A stretch of DNA of 64,000 nucleotides from Lytechinus pictus (taxonomy: Eukaryota): positions 21,826,001 to 21,890,000 of the forward strand of contig NC_087251.1 in NCBI RefSeq assembly GCF_037042905.1, given 5' to 3'. The notes under the pieces were generated by a model, which ran no database searches, was not told the DNA's origin, and saw nothing but the letters and a program-made list of their open reading frames with translations. Position 1 is the first letter of the stretch; each line of letters begins with the position of its first letter. Both the position numbers and the translations under genes were made by a program. Below, piece after piece: positions 9,514 through 23,857 of the stretch.

Positions 9514-12500
9514 TGGAAATATCTCTGGTTATCATCATTGATGTTGGAACATAAGTGTTTTTATCTTTGCAATTGACAGCATTGAGGCTTGTTCAGATAT
9601 GGCAGTCTTGTGTTTGTTAGATTTTTATCGTACAAGCCAACAGAATATGAAGTGGTAAAGAATTGGAGCCATGGCAGGAGATATTCTTGTTGTAACACAG
9701 CTCAACAAAGCTGTTGACCAATCAAATCATGCAAAATATCATATCATGAGGGAGTGAGTTCAACCATAAAACCATGTTGGACAAAGATCTTTTTTACTTG
9801 GGATGTATTTATGTAATCTAATTTATTTAATTAAATTTATTTGAATATTATTGTTTCATTAAGAGTTAACCCTAATCCTGTCTACATCCAAAGGAGCCTA
9901 TGATATTATTTTTTTAATCTGAACATCTGATACTATTCTGCTATTCTGCTGAAGTTATCCACAGTTTTCTTACTAATATTTCTCAGCCCTTTTTTTCTCA
10001 CCCGAATTATGAAAGTAGTTTGATATACTTTTTAAACCTACATACACCCCATATGTTACATATGGTGAGGTGTGTCTAAGAATATTTGAAGATCACATTG
10101 GATTGGATGATTTTCATATGAAAGGCATCAAGTAATTCTACAACAATTGTGTCTATATTTTAAAGGTGAAGTGGAATGACACAAATGCCTCCTTTTTCTC
10201 AACATTTCCTTGAAAGCCAGTGAACACTTTTTGCGAGAGTGATCACAAATTTCCTTGTTGACCATAGTAGATTGCGAGACAAATGAATACCCTCTAGCGA
10301 TTATTTCAATCCGCAATAATGAACCTATTTAGTATTGCTAAAGAACTTTCTAAAGAAATAAGTTTTTAATATTTATACTCGTTCATCTCTGTCTTCACTC
10401 TTCTTACTCAATCTTGATTGTGAAGTTCATTTTAGGCAGTTCACAATATCTATTTTGTTGTTTGTGTGGGGACGGAGGGGGGGGGGGTGATGGAATGATC
10501 AGTTCAATATTAGTAGTTCTCTTACCTTTAAGGGATTCTTTTTCGTTTGCTTTCTCAAATTGGATTATTGTCTGTTCCTGGGTGTGGTTACTTGCCAATG
10601 ATATCTAATACAGAAGAGAAAATAGAATGCAGAAATTTAAATATTGATTTCACCATAAAAATATATATGGATTTCATCAAGTAATAACTAACCAGTTCTT
10701 CAAAAGAATTGTTGCTTAAAAAACTAATTTAAATGATGAAAGATATTAACAAAATTATTGTTAAAAGCATAAGTTCAACCCCACCAGAAAGGTCTTGCGA
10801 TCTCATTGTTGATCATAACTCAGGGTTGTTTGAAATTCATAAACAGATCTCTGCATGACATCACACCAGTTAAATTGGACGATATCAAGACGATTCAGCA
10901 GAGCCTCATTTCAGCGTAGGAGACGCGATTTCTAGACCAATTTGTAGCGCTTAATGATGCCGATCATATTTAATAACTACATGTACGTGCATCTATGGAG
11001 TAGGAAGGCTTGCATATATCATATCAAAATCCGATTACAAATCATCAGCAAATATTCCTTGTTGAAAAAGGTTTGTCGATCATCATTTCCTCATGATGCA
11101 AAAAAGCTTGCTTTCGTGACTTCTCGCAACTTTCAATACTACGTCTCCTTCTGTAATCCATGTATTGGGTTTTCTAGTTAATTTCATGTTGAGAGATGAA
11201 TAGTATCGCTTGCATTGTGTTCTTGAATGAAATTTATGCCATTTTTCTAAAGGAACTAATGACATGTGAAACCTTGCTGTTCGAGTTTGCTCAGATCTCA
11301 TTTTGGGGTGCTTTTTTCATGAAATGCCATGCTTGTTTTGTAAGAATAATAGATACATGAATGATTTCATTTATTATTGAAATAAAGTATGATCATCTAT
11401 CAATCTTTAAGATCATCTTCAAATTTGTAAGTCTAATAAGCTGCTTCCCCTGTAATATTTTGCCTTTTCAAGAATGAGTTTTGTCACTAAAACTTTTAAA
11501 GGTGATCTTCAACTTTTACAGGTGATGATAGGTGATGATAAACCTTAATGTACATCTACTGCATAACAGTGTATAACGTGTATAGTAAAAATCAATCATA
11601 ATTTCATATGCTCTTTATTATTTTCATGATTTCTATTCAATGGAAGGTGGAGTTTATTTGTTATTTTTAAAGAGACATTGAAAGGAATTATTAAACAAGA
11701 GCCTCCTCATTTCAATCCTTTTCATAGTAGATTGTTTTTTAAAATTCTCATCATGACAAGTGTAAATCAATCTCTTCCTACCCCGTCTCTTGTCCTCTGT
11801 TTGTTCTGCAACACATCTGTGCATTTTGCCTCCAGTCTAATGGGTTAGGATCGCTAACAAAGTGTAACTTAATTCCAACTTATGTTGCATGTTCTCATCT
11901 ACATTACTTTCTGGATTTACATCGGCAGGCCGCATACTCATAATGCTGTAGCATAGTAATACTAGCAGACCATGTCGAGGAGAACATATCTCTTGTGATT
12001 GATGCGGGACATTCACCGCGAGAGACAAAATCAAATTTTGGGCCCATTTTCCAAACTGATTCACATTAGATGAGAAAATGTGTATTTTTAGATGTACTGT
12101 TCATTTTCTGGTCTCAAATCGTGCATTAGCAATACTTTTTCATATCAGGCCATACTTAATGCCGGACTCCCTAAATTTCCCACTAAGAAACAAATCCACA
12201 ACTCTTTATGAAAGCACCGACAATGGCACTTAACCTCGTCTCACCATTGCATTTTATTGAGTGGAAAAGCCCTGTTTATTTTTCAAGTCTTTGAAGTTGC
12301 AAAATCATCAGAATAGGTCAAAGTGGGTTGCTCTTATTTTGTTTTTAACCTAGATTGTACAGTGTAGCATCATTAGATGCCAGCCAATAATGTCACAGAT
12401 TGATAAATTGCTCAATATTGCAGAGGTATTGGGCAGCCAAAGGTCTTATTTACTAAAAAGGCACTAAAACAAGCTTTTATATTATAAGTTTCATGTAAAT

Positions 12501-15500
12501 TGTCATTTGATTCATGACAACTAAAGAAAAAATATGTTTTCCCATTATATTCTTATTGTGTACTTGTATTTGGTATTTCCAGGTTAAAATAACTGCCTTT
12601 TTACTTGTGCATTTTTCTGTTGTATTAGTTTCCTTGACCCCTATCGAAAAATTAAAAAAATATGCAGGATATAAATGATTTTAAAATTTCAGTAATAAGG
12701 GAAGAAACATAATGATAAAGGGTATTAAAAAAACTGCAACTACATAACTGTAATATGTGATATCAGATTTAAGATAATTTCTTTTATTATCATTGGAATG
12801 TCTTTAGATTAGTGTCCATATGTCCACATCTCTTATAAAGAAGCACTCGTTAGGCTCGTATTTTAATGAATATCATCATTTTACTGATAATACAGAAGCT
12901 CTGAATCACGTATCTGAGTCTTAGAAGTCGATATCAGAAACCACATTATTTTGAATATATGGGGGTAACAGAGTACACCTACATTTAATACAGAACTCAG
13001 TCCAATTACTTAAGAGATTGGTAAGATATTACAAGGAGGTACTAAAGCATTTCTGCTGAAGGCATTGACCATAAACAAGTTTTAATCATATGATGGAGCT
13101 AAAGTACACGTTGGATAGAAAGAAGCGCAGGTGGATGTTTTTGCGTCATTTGTTCATATCTTCTTTCTTTTTTTGTTTTTTGTTTTTCTTTTCCTCAATT
13201 AGTTCTCAAGTAAAGAAAATATAAAAGGGTCCTCATAATAGGCATGTTGTGAGGGATTCAGAGGAAACCTTAGGATTAATCTATCATATGGCTCAGTATG
13301 TTAAGCCTTTGAGGTACAAGGTAACTTTTAGTGTAGGGTTGATCTTCCAGAAGGTCCATACATGGACCTTACATTATTCCTTAGAGTTCCTTCATTAAAC
13401 TTAGATGAATTAGAGATATCAGTACTCTCTTGGGGGCCTTTCTATCTAGTCATAACAACATTACCAAACGCTTTCAACACCTTACTTTCCAAAGGTTCAA
13501 ACAATCAAAGGCCAGCCTCAGCTGTGTTTATAGTGTCTGAGCACATGTCGAGCGTGAAATCAGGCAGTGTCGGCAGTGATGAGCCGTGGTCACTCTTGCA
13601 TTTCTTATTCTGTTATACTTTGTTTATATGATTGATCACGTGCATACATGACAGTTTATGATACTTCTGTAGCCAATCCAGACACGCTGTTAGTTCACAT
13701 GCATGGAGTAAGTGATATCTATGCTGTCAAAAGTATTGAGTTGTTTTTAATCATAGTCTTATTCCTGATAAACAGTATAGCTTTGTAGATCATGGCATTT
13801 GATTAGCAAAGAGCAAAACTGTTGCAGAAATTTAGCATTTGTTGTTGCCAATTGTTCTTTAACAGTTCCTTGGCATATTACAATTCCAACGTGTTGAGGA
13901 TTATACATGACAAGATGATAAGGGAGGCAGGGTGTGGGAATTGATCAGGTGGGATTAAGAAAGAAAATAAAAAATATGAAACAATGAAAGCAAAGGAAAA
14001 GGAAAGGAAAATGTAAGGAAGAAAGAATATAGAAAATTAAAATAAGACTCAGCTCAGTATATTCACATCAAGAGTAGATGGGGTGAATGAGTATAAGGGT
14101 TTGTCCAAAAGTGGGACAGAAATGAGAGATACACAAGATGGGAGAATTTATTGGAAGATGAATATGAATATTTCTCACTCATAATGAGTGAGAAATATGA
14201 AAAGAGGGGGGGGGGGGCAAACTAAACAGGGGAGTGATAGTGGAGTTAACAGGAAGAATCCTTGAGCGTTGTAAACATGTGAGATGATTACATTTGAAAT
14301 TCTACAGGAGAGTGAGCTGCGACTTTTATTTTTAATTACATAAACATTTTTCATCCTTACAAAGAGTATTCTGATATTGACCAAAAGAATCAAAAGAAGC
14401 TTGCTGCCATCGTTCACATTAAAAAAACTTCCCATCATGATAAAGTCATTAATGTGAGCAGTTTGGTAAGGCTACATGACGTCAAGCAAATGTTTTTACA
14501 AGGTTTTCTCATTGCATCCCTAAACTTTTTCCTCCATTGACTGCTAAAGTACCAAGTTTAAAAATCACCTTCCATATCGGGTGCTAATCTAGCAGAAAAT
14601 ATCCACACTGGGGGTTTGTTAATCGCTGTGCCTCAACACACGAGGGATAAGATAACGACCCATGTAAAACACATTCCTCCGCTTGCCCACTTTACTTTAT
14701 TTCCTTGGAGGGGTGATGTTCACACTGCTCTCCCAGTTTGAACGTTGCTGGTGTAATCAGATTAGGCCTTCCCTTTGCATAGTCATGGGGCCAGACACAC
14801 TTCCATAATTCTGAAATTTTGTCGGTTAGGGAGAGGACTTTCCCTAAAGTGCCTTGCTTCTGTGACCCACTACCAAGCCTAATGAAGATGAAGTTAATGA
14901 AACAAAAACACGAGATGGAGCGGGTGGGTTGCCATGCAAGACGAGGCATGGAAAGGATGTTTTCACAAAATGCATCATGAGCAAATAGATGTGATGTTGC
15001 ACTTTAGTGATTTGGAATCACCTCATTCATTTCCCTTTGGCGTGGAGTCTCTTTGGTGTGTTTCATTTATAATTCATGCAGTTTAGGAGAAACCCACTGA
15101 ACAATAGTTTCTGGATATTGAACATAGCCGATGCAACTGGAATGACAGTGCTTAGTTCAATGGAAAATTTGTCAGGCTTTGCCTTTTGATATTTGAATGA
15201 ATGAATCTTTTGAGAGGCGTGATAATTACACAATCATAACCCATGTACAAGGGATTTTTAAGCCAAAAATTTATACCCTACATAGTTGGTCAGAACACAG
15301 AATGATATAAAATCTAACATCAAAATAAAGCTAAGTAAAATTAAAGAACATATGATGTGCCGGAACATGTCAGTGTTCATCCTAATATCCATGGGCGTGA
15401 AATTCGTTTCCTATCAGATTAACATATCCATTTAATCTCAATATAAACAACTACAAACTTCAAGGATTCAATTTCAAGGAATCTGCAATTCAGCAGTGTC

Positions 15501-18500
15501 AATTACTCAGGAGCGGTTACAGAACCTTTCCCCAAATTCACCGAAATACCTAATTTTTCCCTGAGGTGCAAGGAATGTAGGAAGTAAGGCAAATTATTCA
15601 GCTGAATCCTTGAGAAACTTGTAGCATGCAACTCCTGAATACAATCCAGTCAGTCTTGTAATGTAAACACATGAACTTGATGAATGTAAACACATTACAA
15701 GACCGTACAGCACAAGCAGGGCTTTAGGTCTCAGTTAAAGATATTGATTAACACAATATGATTAAGTCTTGTTTTAAAAAAATCCTGCCTTTTGATTGTA
15801 TTTCGTATTGTTCATATGGTTTTTAAAAAGCATCTAGAAAACAGTCTGTGCATACACTTTCAGCTTCCTTTGACTGAAAAGTCACCATTTAATTTCTCTG
15901 ATGGGGACAGTAATTCTAGATCATAATGTAGTAAAATTTGGATGGAATTTTTTCCAGGGCTTCAGGTTTACAACATATCTATTTGGTAACAATCGGGACA
16001 TTAATGCTCAGATATAAGTCAAATGAATGTTAAACAATACATTTAACTTTGTGCAGAACAGTTCCTTGACCGAACCTGTTAATGAAAATATTTATGGACA
16101 TAGGCTTTCTTTCTTGCTCAATTGAGCTTGATGAATTGTTGTTTCCTGCATCAAAGTTACATTGTGCGGTGAATTTATTTAAAAAAAAAGCATAAAGACA
16201 TGGTTTATTATTCTTCCTTGGTCTGTGGAGCTTAATGATTTTTAGTTTCCCATGTCCATGCCCCATTCCTTGTCACTGCAGTGTAAGTGAATGAGTGATC
16301 AAGCAATCAAGCAACAGTTTTACCATCAAATATTCATTGTACTCTTTAACACCTTACAGGGAAATGACAAAAAGGGTGCAAGAAATGGTTTTTGAATGGG
16401 GTTTTAAGGATGACACTAATGCTGTCTCACAAGTTTTTGACTTGACTTTCTGACTTGATGAGTAGTGTGGTATCAACTAAACACTTTCATGATCCTGTTG
16501 TATGGTAGAGTGAAATAAATGAAAGAAAAATAAGCAGCAGGTCCACCTAAGATTTATTATATCAATATTACAGTTGATGATATTAATATTTCAACAGTGT
16601 TGATGACAACATTTATTCAACATATTTTCCCCATTTTTTTCTTTTATTTTGGAGTGTGTTGTGAAAACAAGCAGAATTTAACAACTGTAAACAAAGGATA
16701 TTTAAAATAATTATAACTACTTGGAAGAAAAAAGCTAAGAATATGTAAAGTGTTTCTGACAGTAGTTATTAATACTCTGCTCTGTGAATTTACTATAGAA
16801 AATATATTACAATCAAGACCCAGACTGTGAACTCATTAAAATCTTGCCTTTAATGCATTAATATCATTGGGTCAACAAGACACCAGCTTAAATTGTAGTA
16901 GATGCCTGTCATCCGCTTGTCTTGTGGACATACCTGTTCATAAACTTACTCTTAAATTGCGTTAATGTGTATTTTCCCAATTTTACAAAGTTTTTATTGG
17001 GAACACAGCTTTTCTTTTGGTATAGTTTTCATTTGCTCAGAATTTAATCATTTGAGCAAATAATATTGCCTTACAGTAAAACTCTCCGGGGCATTTGAAA
17101 ATCTCTAATCTTCTTTATTAGAATTTTTTGCCAATAGTTAGTTTATGTTTATACTTGAAAAATAAGGAAACATTATTGACAAAAACAGTAATGTGTATGA
17201 TACACCGTATATTATTTTTATCCGGAGGATTGATTGAATATTGATTAGTGGAAAAATTTAATGTAGAGATCATGAATGTCACCTTCTCTTGGTATGTTTG
17301 TGGTAATATAAGAAATAGTCATTGTAGTTTAATTTTAAAGCCATACACCAGGGAATAATTTTCCTGGTATCGCATCACAATTTGCTCCACATTTTTGAAA
17401 GACTGCTATGCATTGAGTCTTTTGTATAGCATATTTTTACATAGGACTGTACATTACTTAGTTGAAAGCTTTTCTCTTATGACCAAAAATGCTATTCAAA
17501 TTTGTAAAATGTATACACTGTAGTAAACTTATATTATTCTACTGTTTTGTTAATTTCTATCTTGTCAGGCTAAGAGGACAAAAAAAAAACTTTCAAAGAG
17601 CATTTACAAGGCGGGCTTGCTTGTTTAAGTTGTTTGCTTCACAAGGCTTGCGAGCTTAAAATAACAATGTAAACAAGACCTGCAATTTTTCAGTATGGAA
17701 ATGATTTTACTTGTATGTTTTATTCGGGTCAGGGGACCTTTCTTGGTTGATGAAATATTCATAATGTGTTTTCGTACTAACCCGTCCACAGAAATACTCG
17801 TAAATTAGTTGACTTAAAATTACTACAAATCTTTTTCGGACCCCCCCCCCCTGAATACCTGATAATTCATATCACACATCAACACCTGCCTGGAGCAAAT
17901 AAAACTCTTGTAGTTATGATCCAGCTACAAGACTTTTATATTCCTAAACATAGGATATGCATTCTTCTTGCCTCACATTGAAAAAGCCCTTTTATTTTTC
18001 TTTCTCACTCCACAAATTCCTGTGATTTTTGAAAAATCCTAGAGAAAGATCTCATCTTGTGAAAAATACGTAGTAATAATTTGTGGGTAATTTCTTTTAC
18101 AGATATTTTGTTTTCACACAAAAACTGATTTTTTTTATAATGATAGTATTCAATTCAGGTATCATACAAGGAGTGCATTGACAATCCTTGTATACTGTCT
18201 TTATGTTTTTAAGGAGGACTAGCTTTGCCAATATCTAGGTCATTACTGTTTTTATTTGTGAACCGTACACGCCTGTAGCAAGTCTTTGTTTAATTACTTC
18301 TCTAATGTGTTCAACCATCTCTTTTCATACTTCTTATTTATCCTTTATGTTAATACCAAGGGGATTGATGGCAGACGGATAACTTTTTTTCTGCACTTTT
18401 ATTTAATCAATTCACAGTATGAGCTGCAAAGTTTGGTAGTTTTTGTCCTAATGTACTTGGGGAAATCAGCCCAGACAGATCAAAAGCATGAAATGTTCAA

Positions 18501-20069
18501 ACTGCATAAACTAAATTTCTTATAGTGGTCATGATAGTTTTGAAAACATGTTTGTGAATGCTTTCATGTGTCATACGTTCTTCCTCACTTTCTCTTATTT
18601 TACCAGCTGGCTAAGCAAGATTTGTTTTATCTTTACTAACTGTAATGAATTTCTTTTAACAGAAAGACTTGATTTTCTAAATAAAAATCAAAGGAGTGAC
18701 TAAAATTCACCACAAGTAACATTTAATTGGTGGTTTTCAATCATTCAACAAAAAGATAATCTAGGAATTCAATCTTGTGATGAAATCTGCTCAACCTCCA
18801 AACACTGATTTGATGGTTGGCTAGTTCCATTATTGGTTTTGAAAAAAAAATCAAAATATGTGAGTAAAATCTAGAATGATATATGGTAAAGCATCCTCAG
18901 ATATTGCACTTTATCAGGTCTGGTGTAATATCTTCAGTTTAGAAGCAAAAGGATGTATTCACCATTGATGCCCTTACACCATGACAAAGTTCTTAGATAT
19001 TCATTCACAAAATAAGTTTAGGGGGTATTTCAATACGTGTAACATGTAAATGTGATTTGAATTGTTACTCAAATTGCAAATATTCAAGTCAATTCATAAT
19101 AATGTAGTTAAGAATGATTTCATTACTATGTTAGAATGGAATCATCTTAGTTAGGTATGAATAAACTAAATGCAGAGATGATTCATAAAGGATTTAGTTT
19201 GACTAAACTTTTATATAAAAAAAGACGATTTGCTCAAGAATATTACGTGTATTACAACGTAGTTGTTGCACTTTAATAAAAAAAGGCTGTTATCATTCAA
19301 TGAATGTGTCTTGCCAGCATTCTGTTTAGCGGTTAATGGGTGGATCAGTAGATAGATTCTGGAAGGGTAAATGGAAAGATATCCTTTATCATCAATTCCT
19401 TGACAATCATCTTTATGTTGTCGATCTCATAAATGGTATCGTGTTAAACAGCACTTAAAATGAGCCCAATTCCAGAATGACTTTCACTATTTGCATTATA
19501 TTGGAAACTGATCAGTGACCTTACATCACTCATAACTATGTGAGATTCATTTCCATTGTCTCTCAGTTTGATTCACTTCATTGAAATCCAGAGCTTCATC
19601 ACTCCAGGTTATTAAGTAGCAATTGATTAGAAAATTGCAATCCACATGTATGCTGATCTCTTGCAATCAATCTGAACAGTTGAATGCAAAAGTAGTCACA
19701 TAATTGCTTGAAAGGAAGAACTAAAAAGTGATTTGTGCCCCATTTCATTATTTTTTTCTGTCTGTTTGATGGATGAAGGAGATGTGAGCTTTGTTTGCAA
19801 GGTTCGAATTTCAGATTAACCGGTTAATGATTAGTGTATTGCTGCTGAATGCCTCTAAAGACACAATGGGAGTCACAGAATTCAGTTATAGTTAATGGTT
19901 CAAGATCAGATCTCAGCTACAGTCACATATATCATCAGCTCAAATTAGCCACTATAATTCAAGCCAATATTAAGCCCTTAGTACTGATCCCCATTGTAAG
20001 ACATATAGATGCTTGCAATATGCTAACTTACCAACAAAGCTCATATTTTCTAAGTGTCGGGTAAAAATA

Positions 20070-20280
20070 CACAGTAAAAAAATAGAACGCTGTTTAAGCC
20101 AGTCACTCTAACTACAAATTGTTTAAACTTTTTGAAGTTGCGTGAACTATTTTAACAACTCGTTTGAAACGTTTAAACAAATCGTTCAAAACTAAAAACA
20201 ACTTGTTCAGAACTTTAAGCGGTAGTTGTTGGAGTGACTAGCTTAAACAACTCGCTTGAAATTTAAACAGCGTTTGTAAA
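20070..20280. mobile_element. Palindromic non-autonomous DNA transposon starting CACAGTAAAAA (EnSpm-like)
   Basis: Inverted AACGCTGTTTAA(GCCAGTCACTC) versus GAGTGACTAGCTTAAAC...TTAAACAGCGTT, internal TTTAAAC repeats, and a second copy at 4778-4950. Confidence 0.6.
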
Positions 20281-23176
20281 TAATTTGCCACTGATATTGC
20301 ATAGTCATCTTTTGACTATTATTAATTTAATACTTAGATAAAGAATTATTGACTATAAGTTTGCTCTAAAGCTTCTTATAATTTGCACATGAAACATTAA
20401 CATAGAGTGATGTGGCTTTTGCAGTTTCCCAAATTCCCCTCTTTTCTGAAAGTAGGGCATTTTGCTCATGACCACCTGGACAACAGGTTGCTTGACACAT
20501 TTTAACAAAGCCCTTCTTCTTTCTGGGCATGCTGTCATGTGCAAATTTGATGATCATGGAAGTTATCGTGTCTTGAAATCTTTGAAACTGTTTACTCCTA
20601 TTGATGTAATCTTGGTGTGAAGTTGGATACGATCATGTATATCATTTTACTCATTGTTGCCTGATTCATATCATACAAACTACACATGCCCACCTCTTCA
20701 AAAGGGCTTTTGCACTTTCATCATGTACTTTTAGTCATAAAAATGGAGAGAATAGTGCAATTTATAGACATGTTTAGAATGTCCTTTCCTTGTGAAAAAA
20801 AAATCTGTGGAGTTACCTGTCTCTTTCTGTCCTTTGTTTGTTTGTTTTTTAGATGGAATGGTGAGTAAAAACTCTTAATGATCAAAGCAATCGATGGAAA
20901 CATATTTAGTTTCACCTGCCACTTGAAGTCAAAATTGAAGGGTTTATAACAGTTTGTTTTTCACCTTCTGCATACATTATATATATTCGGGTATGTAGTG
21001 AATGTTTGTTTTCTCATTGTATGCTGAAAGAGGTTTTAGAATTTTTCAAATAAAATGTAGATTTGCAATGCAATAGTCAGAATACTATTATAGCACTGAC
21101 AAAGATATCAAATTCCCCTTTTTACCTTATAAGACAATTCTTTTAAACATTGTGGTAACATAATTGCACTGATCAATCTAATACTCCTTGTGCATTATAC
21201 TACAAATTTGATAAAGCTCATCTTTCATATAGGGGAATATACCATGGACTTACTAATGGCTTTGGATATAAATTTTATGATTATTTAATTTGTTTGAGTA
21301 GCTCTGTCACAAAGCCATTTGATATGATTCTTTTAGATGTAGTTCAAATGCTGTTGGAGTATAGAAGTCCATTGCTTAGCAATAGCACGTATGCAAGCAC
21401 TAAAGCTTATTTTATTGCCTATTGCTTGTAGAGACATAAGCTTTCTGATTTGTTTAATTAGCAGTTCAAGCATGTAGTGGGAGTACAGTTGTATTTCTCA
21501 AAAAGGTTCTTGTTTTGAGAATGTCCTTTCCAATGTAAAGTAAATTACGGTCAAACTTCAGCTTTAAAGAGGGTATCTTTAGTAGCTATTTGTGAAGAAT
21601 TGATTGTGCCATGGCAAACCATTAATAGCCCGGCATACAAGTAGGATTCCTGCCGCGTGGTGAAATATGACCCTAAGAAAATGTTTGGCAGATCAGATAT
21701 ACAATCCCAGAATATATCCCTCTGCAGAATAGGACAAATGCTTGTGGATAGCGCTTGCCTTGTTTCCTGCCAAACTACCAAGAGTATATCGAATGAATAT
21801 TGAGGCTTCTCGTTCTAAATCACAGTCATGCATGACTCTACCATTACCAATCCACTGGGTATGGGAATTACGCTTGCTGTTTGTCATAATTTTCAGGAAG
21901 AGGAATTGGGGGGTGGGTGGGGGATATCTTAAATTGGTAGGGAAGGAATTTTTTAATACAGACCTTAAGTGCCCTCCTCTAAAATGCACTAAGTGGCTTG
22001 ATGTGATATTGCAACAAGTGCATCAAAGGTGAAATTTCTGTGATTGCTTCTTCTCCAAGAAAAAAACGATAGAAGATGGAAAGAGATGATGAAAGGCGTA
22101 ACCTTGGCTCATGGGTAATGGCATGTAACATTTGGAGAGTGTTTCCGACTTTGATAGTAGATTTCATATACGATTGCTGCCAGGCTGCAGAATTGGGTTT
22201 AAACTACTTCTTCAGCATACTTGATAATCATGTATACAACAAGAAATGTAGTCATGAAGGTTTACTGTACTTTTGGACATTTCACGGTCTAAATTTGGAT
22301 ACAGGTTTTCAAATCAGACATGAAATTGTCCAGATACTTGGAAGAATTACATGTTTATGATTCAGTCCTTTGGTCATTATTCATTCCAGTTAATCAAATT
22401 GAATTATTGGTCTTACTAGGTGCATATTATAAATTGCACGTATAGAAACTCTTGACTTTTACTGATTTTGGATAGCACTTTTGATTCCCTTTTAATGTAT
22501 ATAAGGAAGACTATCAAACAATAGTACTTATTGTTGATTCACAGTTTGATTTGTACTTTTATATTGCTAACTTGAATTGTTATCATATTTTCAATTATCT
22601 TAATAAGTTATATCATGTCCCTAATGTCACAGGTTAGTCCCTTTTTTTACACATAGTGACCCATAAATCAATGTGTAGTTTCTCTCAGCCAGTGAACTGA
22701 CAAGATTTCAGGGGGGTATATTAACTGGGGGCATACCATTGATTGTGGTGTATAGTCCTACATAGTCCTACTTTGTTTTTTCACTATGAGTTACTCCATT
22801 GCAGCAGGGATTGTAGACCCCAATTAGTCCATTTTATCATGTTGAACTTAAACGTTTGGTTGTGTGAGACTGTGAGATGGTATTATGGTGTGCTTTTACA
22901 AGCTCTATACACATAAATTAAGGTCTTGAAGCTAAGGATTTAAATAGACCCTAGTTGTATCCATGATTGCATGATAAAAACATGATGCATTTCAAAGATG
23001 TCTTGATTCACTTCAGAAAAAAAATGAAGAAGAAAAGACACAGTAAAGCTGCTTGAAGTGTTATGACGATATTGCAGACTTAAATTGCACAACTGTATCA
23101 ACTTTACTTAATTTGTGTGGGAGACTATTCCAGAGTTTTGACACAGCATGTGTGAAATACCTTTTTACCACATGTA

Positions 23177-23857
23177 GAAAATGGTCAACACGAATTGGAA
23201 GCCTTGAGTGAAACCCTTAAAATGCTTGATGTTGGTTCTTTGTAAAGGAGTGATATTACAACAGATTAATCACACTTTAATTACATAGGTGAGGATGATC
23301 CTAAAATGTATTCAGGTGCATCATCATTGTTGTGAAGCTTAGAGTATAATTTGTCATACATCTATTTGTTAGGTTTTTTCCAGTCATTTAGAAGGAAAAA
23401 AATGGTTAACACGAATTGGAAGCCTTGAGTGAAACCCTTAAAATGCTTGATGTTGGTTCTTGATTTTTAAATGAGTGATATTACAACAAATTAATCACAC
23501 TTTAAGTATAATATAGGTGGGGATGATTCTACAATGTATTCAGGTGCATCATCACTGTTGTGAAGCTTAGAGTATTATTTGTCATACATCTATTTGTTAG
23601 GGTTTTTTCAGTCATTTTAGAAGGAAAAAAAGGGTTAAAATGAATTGGAAGCCTTGAGTGAAACCCTTAAAATGCTTGATGTTGGTTCTTGATTTTTAAA
23701 TGAGTGACATTACAACAAATTAATCACACTTTAATTATATATGTGGGGATGATTCTAAAATGTATTCAGGTGCATCATTATTGTTGTGAAGCTTAGAGTA
23801 TAATTTGTCATACATCTATTTGTTAGGTTTTTTCAGTCATTTAGAAGGGGAAAAAAG
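23177..23857. repeat. Tandem triplication, ~220-230-bp unit x 3
   Basis: GAATTGGAAGCCTTGAGTGAAACCCTTAAAATGCTTGATGTTGGTTCTT is identical at 23192, 23413 and 23642, and the rest of each unit is near-identical. Confidence 0.95.

Noticed and set aside
12130..12295. Possible old SINE relic on the minus strand
   Set aside because: Only a faint resemblance (TTTTTCAAGTCTTTG) to recalled SINE heads, with no A/B boxes or tail.
23177..23857. CRISPR-like or coding tandem array
   Set aside because: Whole units repeat with no unique spacers and no ORF, in a eukaryotic context.
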